From NCBI GenBank assembly GCA_038212275.1, contig JBBQUR010000003.1, positions 219,550 through 283,549 of the forward strand: a stretch of DNA of 64,000 nt, in the 5' to 3' direction. This stretch comes from Planctomycetota bacterium (GTDB lineage: Bacteria; Planctomycetota; B15-G4). A model generated the notes under the pieces. That model saw only the letters and a program-made list of their open reading frames with translations. It was not told the origin of the DNA and did not search any database. Positions 57,021-64,000 of the stretch are shown here, piece after piece. Made by a program: the position numbers and the translations under genes. Position 1 is the stretch's first letter. Each line of letters opens with the position of its first letter.

Positions 57021-57548
57021 TCAGCGTTCGGCGCCCATCGAACCGCCCATCGTGCTGGTGGTGCCGGTGGTGCCGTGATCGCTGCGGGTGACCTGCCCGT
57101 CGCGGATCTCGCCGCGCCAGTCGCCCGTGGCCCGGCCGCGCTTCTCGATGAAGTCCTTGAACTTCTCGAGGTCGCCGTCGATACGGTGCGCCACCACGCC
57201 GAGTGCTGCACCTGTCTTCTCGACGATGCCGGACGGCTCGTATTCGATGCGCAGCGTGACGCGTGTCCTGGAGGGCGCGAGGGCTTCGAACTTCACGCTT
57301 CCCGCATTCGGCGCGCCCGACGTGCTGCGCCACCCGATGTGACGGTCCGCTTCCTGATGGACGATGTCCGCCGTCCAATCCACGTCCTTGCCGCCGATCT
57401 CCGCGGTCCAGTGGAGGGTCGTTGCGGTGAGCTGCCGGACCCGCTTCACGCCCGTCATGAAGCTGGGAAAGCTCTCGAATTGGGTCCACTGGTTGTAGGC
57501 CGTGCTCACCGGCACGTCGACCTCGATGGTTTTTTCAGTGTGGCTCAT
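57021..57548 (-). CDS. SRPBCC/polyketide-cyclase-like START-fold protein
   Basis: IEVDVPVSTAYNQWTQFESFPSFM, GDLEKFKDFIE, TGDWRGEI. Confidence 0.9.
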   Translation of the reverse strand: MSHTEKTIEVDVPVSTAYNQWTQFESFPSFMTGVKRVRQLTATTLHWTAEIGGKDVDWTADIVHQEADRHIGWRSTSGAPNAGSVKFEALAPSRTRVTLRIEYEPSGIVEKTGAALGVVAHRIDGDLEKFKDFIEKRGRATGDWRGEIRDGQVTRSDHGTTGTTSTMGGSMGAER

Positions 57549-57605
57549 GGATTCACTCCGCGCATGGGGATTGGAAACAACAGAAAGACATTCGTGCTGC
57601 AAACG

Positions 57606-57620
57606 GCAGGCCTCGTGCCG
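57606..57620 (-). promoter_or_regulatory. Sigma54-like promoter for the SRPBCC gene
   Basis: Minus strand CGGCAC-GAGGC-CTGC, correct GG-N10-GC spacing. Confidence 0.5.
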
Positions 57621-57701
57621 TGATGGGACCGGTCCTGCGTGGCCGGCCGGAGATCACCGCAGGCAGGCCTGGAGGCGAAGGCGCTTCGGCTCCACGTCGG
57701 C

Positions 57702-57989
57702 TCACGCGGCCTGCTGCCCCACGAGACGCCGCCTCAACTGCTGAATGGCGGATGCGGTCAGCGCGTCGACGAGCTCCACCGAGGCGCCGATGAGTTCGGC
57801 AATCTCGTCCCGGACCAGACCGTAGAAGCAGGAGAGCAGCAACACTTCCTGCTCGGCGGGAGGCAACTCAGCGAGGATGCCTTCGCCGGGACATCGCGCG
57901 ACGTCGGCGCCGCCGGAGGGCGTGTTGCCGCAACCGGATCGCGTGCGTACGTCATGGTGCTCGATGGCATGAACGTCCCGAGCATTCAT
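57702..57989 (-). CDS. Small protein containing only a sigma70 region-4-like HTH
   Basis: LAELPPAEQEVLLL..FYGL.RDEIAELIG.S...V....ASAIQQLR. Confidence 0.6.
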   Translation of the reverse strand: MNARDVHAIEHHDVRTRSGCGNTPSGGADVARCPGEGILAELPPAEQEVLLLSCFYGLVRDEIAELIGASVELVDALTASAIQQLRRRLVGQQAA

Positions 57990-58056
57990 CGGTCATCCTT
58001 TCGTGCTCGCGGCCGCCCGCCGCGTGACTCGTGGCAGCATTCGGGCCCGTGAGGAG

Positions 58057-58716
58057 TCATGCCGCGCCGCGACGGCCGACGCTTGCCGTGCCGGATGCGC
58101 CAGTCCCGGAGCTCCGCTCCGCGACGAACTCGCCGGGGTCCGACAGATGCACCGAAAGCATCCGGCGAAGGTTCTCGCGCGCCCGCCAGACCAGCGACTT
58201 GACGGCGGCAACGGACAGGCCGACGCGACGGCTGACCTCTTCATGCGGCAGGCCGCTGAAGTGCGCGAGCTCCAGGGCCCGGCGCTGGTTCGTCGGCAGC
58301 CGGCGGATCGCCTCGCGCACGGCGAGGGCGCGCTCGTGTCGCATGGCATCCCGCTCGGGCATGTCGCCACGCGGATCCGACAGCGTGTTTCCCAGCGGTT
58401 CGTCTCCATCGCCGAGGCTGCTCAGGGACGTGGCGCGACGGCGCTTGTGGTAGCGCAAGTGGTTCAGGCAGAGGTTGAAGATGATCGTCTTCAGGAAGAC
58501 CTCGAAGGGCGCCACCGGCTCGTAACGCAGCCGTGAGCCGTACAAGCGCAGCAGCACATCCTGCGAGAGGTCATCGACCATCGATTGCTCCTTCACGTAC
58601 CGGCGGATCACGTTGCGGATGTACGCGCCGTACTCCCGCGTCAGGTGATCGAAGGCGCCGTCGCAACCGACCTTCACGGCCAGCATCAACTCGCGTCCGT
58701 CCGGGCTCAGCGTCAT
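58057..58716 (-). CDS. ECF-type sigma70 factor
   Basis: G.DGAFDHL, DDLSQDVLLRLY, NLCLNHLR, AIRRLP..QR.AL.L..F.GL...EV....G.S..AVKSLVWRARENLR. Confidence 0.9.
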   Translation of the reverse strand: MTLSPDGRELMLAVKVGCDGAFDHLTREYGAYIRNVIRRYVKEQSMVDDLSQDVLLRLYGSRLRYEPVAPFEVFLKTIIFNLCLNHLRYHKRRRATSLSSLGDGDEPLGNTLSDPRGDMPERDAMRHERALAVREAIRRLPTNQRRALELAHFSGLPHEEVSRRVGLSVAAVKSLVWRARENLRRMLSVHLSDPGEFVAERSSGTGASGTASVGRRGAA

Positions 58717-58810
58717 GGCTTCTGGATTTCTGATGGTTGCTCCTTCGCGATGCGGCGCGGCCGGGCGCGGCGCCTGCGTGCTCGTGTCTGCCCGGCCGAG
58801 GGCGACTGAG

Positions 58811-58826
58811 TGCAAAGGCCATGCCA
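58811..58826 (-). promoter_or_regulatory. Sigma54 -24/-12 promoter for the ECF sigma gene
   Basis: Minus strand TGGCAT-GGCCT-TTGCA. Confidence 0.75.
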
Positions 58827-59025
58827 TGCCCGCGGCGCGGATCGGCGCCCCGCGTTCGTGGAGATCGGGGCGCTCCGGCGCGGCGGGCGCATCGACCCGG
58901 TGGCCGCACACCATGCCCGCTTGTAGAAAATGCATCCCGACGAAGGATGCGCCGCGGACTCCGCCGGCCTGCGGTGTTGCAGTCAGCGGTCGCGCAGCGG
59001 ACGCGCGGCTGCTGCGCGCGCCACG

Positions 59026-61221
59026 TCAGGTCCCCGGGGACGTCGCCCGGCCGAGGATCGCTTCGAGAGACTCGAGGTCGATGGGCTTGACGAGGTGATG
59101 GTCGAACCCCGCCTCGCGCGTGAGGCGCTGGACGTCGTCGCTACTCCAGCCGGTGACCGCGATGAGCAGCCGGTCCCGGCCGGGCTCCCGGGTGCGGATG
59201 GCGGGCGCAACCTCGTATCCGTTCTGCCCCGGCATGCCGATGTCCAGAAGGACGATCTCCGGCCGGAACGCCAGCGCTTCCTCCAAGGCCCGATTCCCGT
59301 CGTGAGTGACCCTGACCTGGTGTCCCCGCAGGCGCAGCAGGCGCGCGAGGCTGTCGGCGGCGTCCACGTTGTCGTCGGCCACGAGAATCCGCCGGCTCTC
59401 CACGGCGGGCGCCGGACGCGCGCGCTCGGGCGCCACGCCGGGCACGTCGACCGTCGACAGCGTCACGATGAAGTCGCTGCCTCGTCCCGCGCCCTCGCTC
59501 CGCGCGACGACGCTGCCGCCGTGCATCTCGACGAGGCGCCGCACGAGCGTGAGACCGACGCCGAGCCCGCTGCGGCTGCGCTCCAGGCTGTGGTCCACCT
59601 GCTCGAACATGTCGAAGATGCGGTCGAGCATCTCGGGCGGAACGCCGACGCCTTCGTCGCTCACCCGGATCACGAGCTGCTCCCGCTCGCGGGCGGTCAC
59701 CAGGCTGATCGTCGTTCCGCGAGCGGAGAATTTGGAGGCGTTGTTCAGCAGGTTGTAGAGGACCTGCGCGAGCCGGACGGGATCCGCCCGCAGGAAGCAG
59801 GGCTCGTCCGGCAGCGTGGTCACGAGTTTCTGGCCCGACTGCGAGAGCACGGGCCGGAAGGTTTCGAGTGCGCTCGAGACCACCGTGGCGATGTCGACCA
59901 GCTCGAAGCGCATCTCGTGCTTGTTGCTCGCGATGCGCGACACGTCCAGCAGGTCGTCCACCAGCCGGACCATCTGCTCGAGCTGGCGCTTCATCACGCC
60001 GCGCACGTGGGCGAGCTGCGCGGGATCCTGCGTGTACTGCATGATCTCGAGCGACGTGCGCAAGGGTGCAAGCGGGTTGCGGAGTTCGTGTGCGAGCAAG
60101 GCGAGGAAGCGGTCCTTGCGGGTGTCCGCGTCGCGCAGTTCGCGCTCCGCGTTGCGGCGCGCGGTGACATCGCGGAAGACCAGCACCGATCCGATGATGG
60201 TGCCGTCCGCCGCCCTGATCGGCGCCGCGCTGTCGTCGATGGGGTGCTCATCGCCGGCGGGCGTCCGCAGCACGGTGTGGTTGGCGAGGCCCACGATGAC
60301 ACCGTCGCGAAGCGCGCGGACGGCGGGGTTTTCGGCGAGGTCGCCGGAATCCTCGTTGATGATGTGGAAGACGCGCTGCAACGGCTGCCCGGCGGCGTCG
60401 CCGTGTTTCCAGCCGGTGAGTTCCTCCGCCACCGCGTTGAGAAAGGTGACGGCCGTCGCCGTGTCCGTGGTGATCACGCCATCACCGATGCTGGCGAGCG
60501 TCGTCCGGAAGCGTTCCTTCTCGGCGCGCAGCGCGGCCGCCGCGGCGCTGCGCTCCCGGATCTGGCGGCGAAGCAGGCGCGTGAAGGCCCCGATGGCCAG
60601 AAGGGCCAGCAGCCCGGCGGCGACGGCACTGGCAAGCGCGCTCGTCCGGCTGTGCTGAGCGTCGGCGACGCGCTCTTCGAGCAGGTGCTGCTCCTCGACC
60701 CGCATCGCGTCCATGGTGGCCCGCGCGGTGTCCATGGCATCCTTGCCGCGGCCGCTCACCACCACCTGCCGAGCCGTCTCGAAGTTTCCCTCCTGCAGCG
60801 TCGAGACGCCTTCTTCGAGGATCGCGAAGCAGGCGGCGAAGTGCTCGCGCAGCATCGCCACGCGGGGAAGCTGATCCGGGTTGTCGTGGACCAGCGCCTC
60901 GAGGTCGGCCACGATCCGCTCGGCGTCGGCGCGGGCGGCACGGTATTGCTCGAAGTAGCGCATGTCGCCGGTGATCAGGCAACTGCGCTGCTGCGCCTCG
61001 GCCTCCTGGCTCGCGGCGAGCGTGGCCGCAATCGTCTCCAGCACCTTGTGCGTGTGGGTGACCAGGCCCAGCGTGTCGTGGAGCCTCACCGTGTTGATGC
61101 ACGCGAGCACGGCATTGATGGCGACGAGCACGGCCACGACCGCCATGACCTTGAAGAGCCTGCGATCCGAGATGCGCAGGAGATTCATGCCATCGAGGAC
61201 GGAGCGAGGAAACGGAGTCAT
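59026..61221 (-). CDS. Hybrid sensor histidine kinase (CHASE3-PAS-HisKA-HATPase-REC)
   Basis: VTHT...AE..QR..LITGD..Y...Y, DNPDQ, GK.AMD; IGDGVI; LAHELRNPL; NLLNNASKF; GLGVGL; LLDIGMP, KP. Confidence 0.93.
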   Translation of the reverse strand: MTPFPRSVLDGMNLLRISDRRLFKVMAVVAVLVAINAVLACINTVRLHDTLGLVTHTHKVLETIAATLAASQEAEAQQRSCLITGDMRYFEQYRAARADAERIVADLEALVHDNPDQLPRVAMLREHFAACFAILEEGVSTLQEGNFETARQVVVSGRGKDAMDTARATMDAMRVEEQHLLEERVADAQHSRTSALASAVAAGLLALLAIGAFTRLLRRQIRERSAAAAALRAEKERFRTTLASIGDGVITTDTATAVTFLNAVAEELTGWKHGDAAGQPLQRVFHIINEDSGDLAENPAVRALRDGVIVGLANHTVLRTPAGDEHPIDDSAAPIRAADGTIIGSVLVFRDVTARRNAERELRDADTRKDRFLALLAHELRNPLAPLRTSLEIMQYTQDPAQLAHVRGVMKRQLEQMVRLVDDLLDVSRIASNKHEMRFELVDIATVVSSALETFRPVLSQSGQKLVTTLPDEPCFLRADPVRLAQVLYNLLNNASKFSARGTTISLVTAREREQLVIRVSDEGVGVPPEMLDRIFDMFEQVDHSLERSRSGLGVGLTLVRRLVEMHGGSVVARSEGAGRGSDFIVTLSTVDVPGVAPERARPAPAVESRRILVADDNVDAADSLARLLRLRGHQVRVTHDGNRALEEALAFRPEIVLLDIGMPGQNGYEVAPAIRTREPGRDRLLIAVTGWSSDDVQRLTREAGFDHHLVKPIDLESLEAILGRATSPGT

Positions 61222-61743
61222 GTCGACCGCACTCTAGCAGGCTGCGTCCGGCTCAGGCATCGAGACCTGTCCGTGATCCGGACTGCAGGATCCGGTGCGA
61301 GTCGCCGCTCGCCGTAACGCCGGACTCCCTCGTCAACCGGCAGGCGCCGATCTCGACCTGCGAGTCCGCCGTGCGCTCGTCCCGCATCGACGTGTTGAAG
61401 CACAGGAACCCTTCGGGCATGTCGACGCTCACGGGGACCGCGCGACGACCCGTTCTGTCCTGCAACTGCGGCCGGCGGTGCGCTGCCCTCGATGCCTGTC
61501 CGGCGTCCGCGCGTCTTGACCGGGCGCATCGTCACGGTCACACTCCGGACCAGTTGATCGTTGCCGGATGGGTGCTGTCGATGAGGCGCTTCGCCACGTG
61601 TCCGAAGACGAACGCGCGGGCCGCACTCCGGTGCGTTCCCTGGAAGTCCACTCTCCGGAACCATGCTTCGGGCAGCCAGGCCCCGGTCGAGGTCGTGATG
61701 CACTCGTCAGGTCAGATCAGCGTTTTTTCGAGGCGGCGCCCCC

Positions 61744-63126
61744 ATGAGCGCTGAGGTCGCCGTATGTCCGCTGGCGCTGATCGTGGACGACGATCCGGCC
61801 ATGCTCGCCAGTCTCGAGGCGCTCGTGTCGCGCGAGGGCTTCGAGTGCCGGACGGCGCTGTCGCTCGGCGAAGCCCAGAAGCAGCTCCAGCTGGGGCTCC
61901 CCGACGTCCTGCTCATCGACCTGAAGCTCCCGGAGGGCGACGGCCTGGAGTTCGCGCGCTCGCGCGGCCTGCTCGAGACGACGGAAGTGATCGTCGTCAC
62001 CGGCGATACCAACGTCGAAACCGCCGTGAATGCACTTCACGCCGGGGCCATCGACTACGTCGACAAGCCCGTGGACGCCGCCCGGCTCAAGTCGGCCCTG
62101 AAGAGCGTGATCCGCACGCGCGCGCTCAAGAAGCAGGTGCTCACGCTCAACAGCCAGCTCCGCGGGGCGGGCCGATTCGGCTCGATGGTGGGGCGGTCCG
62201 CGGTCATGACGCGGCTCTTCGACCTGCTGCAGCGGGTGGGGCCCACGGATGCCAGCGTCCTCATCTACGGCGAGAGCGGCGTCGGCAAGGAACTCGTGGC
62301 GCAGGCCATCCACGATCTCAGCGCGCGAGCGAGCATGAAGTTTCTCCCGGTGAACTGCGGCGCCATCGCCGAGAACCTCATCGAGAGCGAGCTGTTCGGC
62401 CATGAGCGCGGCAGCTTCACGGGCGCGGAAAGGCGGCGCGACGGCATCTTCGAGCGCGCTCGCGGCGGCACGCTGTTCCTCGACGAGATCACCGAGATGC
62501 CGATGGAGCTGCAGGTCAAGCTGCTCCGCGTGCTCGAGAGCCGCTCGTTCACGCGCGTGGGCGGCCAGGAGGCCATCGCCGCCGACGTCCGCATCATCGC
62601 CGCATGCAATCGCGATCCGCGCGCGGCCGTGCAGGACGGGGCGCTGCGGGAGGACCTGTACTACCGCCTCAACGTGGTGCCCATCGTCGTCCCGCCGCTG
62701 CGGGAGCGCGCGGACGACATCCCCCTGCTGGCCGAGCACTTCCTGAACCAGTTGAACGCGGAACACGAGGCGCAGAAGTCCTGGACGCCGGACGCCCTGG
62801 CCTGGCTCCAGGCCCAGCCGTGGCGCGGCAACGTGCGCGAGCTCAGGAACGCGGCGAGCCGGGCCTTCATTCTCAGCGAGAGCAAGCTGTCCGTGGAGAG
62901 CATGCAGCTGCTGAACGGCCAGTCGCGAGGGGGCGCTGCCGGCGCGCGGCTCGAGGTGAAAGTCGGCTGCTCGATCAGCGACATGGAACGCACGCTCATC
63001 GAGGCGACGCTGGCCCACTTCGACGGGGACAAGGCACGCGCGTCCGAGACGCTCGGCATCAGCATCAAGACGCTCTACAACCGGCTGAGCGTCTACTCGG
63101 CGAGCCGCGCTGCCGAATCGAGCTGA
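61744..63126 (+). CDS. NtrC-family sigma54-dependent response regulator (REC-AAA+-Fis HTH)
   Basis: IVDDD, IDLKLP, GESGVGKE, ESELFGHERGSFTGA, LFLDEI, REDLYYRL, W.GNVREL, LGISIKTLYNRL. Confidence 0.95.
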   Translation: MSAEVAVCPLALIVDDDPAMLASLEALVSREGFECRTALSLGEAQKQLQLGLPDVLLIDLKLPEGDGLEFARSRGLLETTEVIVVTGDTNVETAVNALHAGAIDYVDKPVDAARLKSALKSVIRTRALKKQVLTLNSQLRGAGRFGSMVGRSAVMTRLFDLLQRVGPTDASVLIYGESGVGKELVAQAIHDLSARASMKFLPVNCGAIAENLIESELFGHERGSFTGAERRRDGIFERARGGTLFLDEITEMPMELQVKLLRVLESRSFTRVGGQEAIAADVRIIAACNRDPRAAVQDGALREDLYYRLNVVPIVVPPLRERADDIPLLAEHFLNQLNAEHEAQKSWTPDALAWLQAQPWRGNVRELRNAASRAFILSESKLSVESMQLLNGQSRGGAAGARLEVKVGCSISDMERTLIEATLAHFDGDKARASETLGISIKTLYNRLSVYSASRAAESS

Positions 63127-63905
63127 GGCGCGTGGCGCGGCAGCGCGACATGCATCGCCGCGCCGCCTCCCGGAGTGCCTTCCGCCCATGCGCGACCGCC
63201 GTGCCGCCGCGCGACGAGCTGCACGAGGGCCAGGCCGAGACCGAATCCCGGCAGCTCCGCCTGCGAGTGCACGCGTTCGAACGGCGCGAAGAGGCGCGCG
63301 GCGCATGAAGACTCGAAGCCCACGCCGTTGTCGCGCATCGTGAAGCGCACCTCGTCGCCGTCCACCTCGCCGCCGACCTCGATGAGTGGCTCCTGGCTGG
63401 AGGCCGTGCACTTGATCGCGTTCGAGAACAGGCTGGCGAGAAGCTGGTGCATGAGCGTCTGATCGGCGGACACGGAAGGAAGCTCCCCGAGGACAAGCCG
63501 GGCCCGCGCACTGTCCCCGGCCTGCGCGGCCTGCTCCCGGAACGCCGCTTCCATCGCTCGCTTCATGTCGAGCGGCACGCGGTTCAGCTCCTGCTTCCTG
63601 GCGCGGGAGTAAAGGGCCAGGCTGACCATCAGCTTCACCATGTTCCGGGAGCAGTCGTTCAGGCGCTGCAGCAGTTCCCGACCGCTGTCGTCCAGTCCGT
63701 GCGCGAACTCCTTTTCGAGCAGCGTGCCGAGGATGCTGATGGCGCCGATGGGAGAGCGCAACTCGTGGGAAAGAGCCGCGGAGAAGGCCTCGCTTTCCTC
63801 CAGCGCCTCCCGCAGTGCACGCAGCTCCGCCTCGACCTCGGCGCACGACCGATCCGTCGCCATCGACTTGTTCATCGCTGCGTCTCTCATCACGGGGACA
63901 TCCAT
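63093..63905 (-). CDS. Cytoplasmic histidine kinase lacking an obvious sensor domain (start uncertain)
   Basis: FSAALSHELRSP, NAIK, RDNGVGF, LFAPFERVH, GFGLGL. Confidence 0.85.
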   Translation of the reverse strand: MDVPVMRDAAMNKSMATDRSCAEVEAELRALREALEESEAFSAALSHELRSPIGAISILGTLLEKEFAHGLDDSGRELLQRLNDCSRNMVKLMVSLALYSRARKQELNRVPLDMKRAMEAAFREQAAQAGDSARARLVLGELPSVSADQTLMHQLLASLFSNAIKCTASSQEPLIEVGGEVDGDEVRFTMRDNGVGFESSCAARLFAPFERVHSQAELPGFGLGLALVQLVARRHGGRAWAEGTPGGGAAMHVALPRHAPQLDSAARLAE

Positions 63906-64000
63906 GACGGTTGCGGCCTGACCAGCCGGCCGCGGCTGCCGGCCCGGGGCCGCGGCCCACACAAAGACGGGGAGGGGCGCGAGCCCCAAGCCCCAAAAGA

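Noticed and set aside
61253..61740. ORFs between the hybrid kinase and the NtrC regulator
   Set aside because: Several overlapping frames, none with recognisable features; likely a divergent promoter region or debris

Overview
A very GC-rich bacterial chromosomal window, plausibly from an uncultured Planctomycetota-like lineage (inference from gene style only). It has no integrase, transposase or CRISPR array. In order it carries: sugar-nucleotide and GT4 genes; ispF-ispD; ruvC; a structured, lower-GC intergenic region; tRNA-Met(CAT); an M28-PDZ-alpha/beta-hydrolase fusion; a Cus-type Cu/Ag RND efflux operon; an ArsS-like radical SAM gene with a fused double glycosyltransferase and a methyltransferase; a sulfatase-like protein; mdh-aceE-like genes; a YHS-TlpA fusion; an 8-gene heme-copper oxidase operon; a KamA-family radical SAM gene; an SPFH-RHH operon; a 908-aa unknown lipoprotein; mrpA-G; yciH; thyA-folA; two secreted proteins; a Ser/Thr kinase; and a general-stress-type regulatory island. 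Top observations: (1) the oxidase subunit I keeps the A1 active site and D-channel but has lost the K-channel Thr/Lys and gained a Glu, with matching loss of the subunit II entrance Glu and of the SCO copper ligands; (2) six sigma54 -24/-12 promoters, several with shared palindromic enhancer-like sites, outline a kinase -> bEBP -> sigma54 -> ECF cascade; (3) a recurring C-terminal domain on unrelated exported proteins may be a sorting signal; (4) an arsenosugar-type cluster has a fused GT pair and no ArsM; (5) short tandem repeats are anchored on stop codons; (6) the tRNA has C33 instead of the invariant U33. All calls come from motif reading; no database searches were run.
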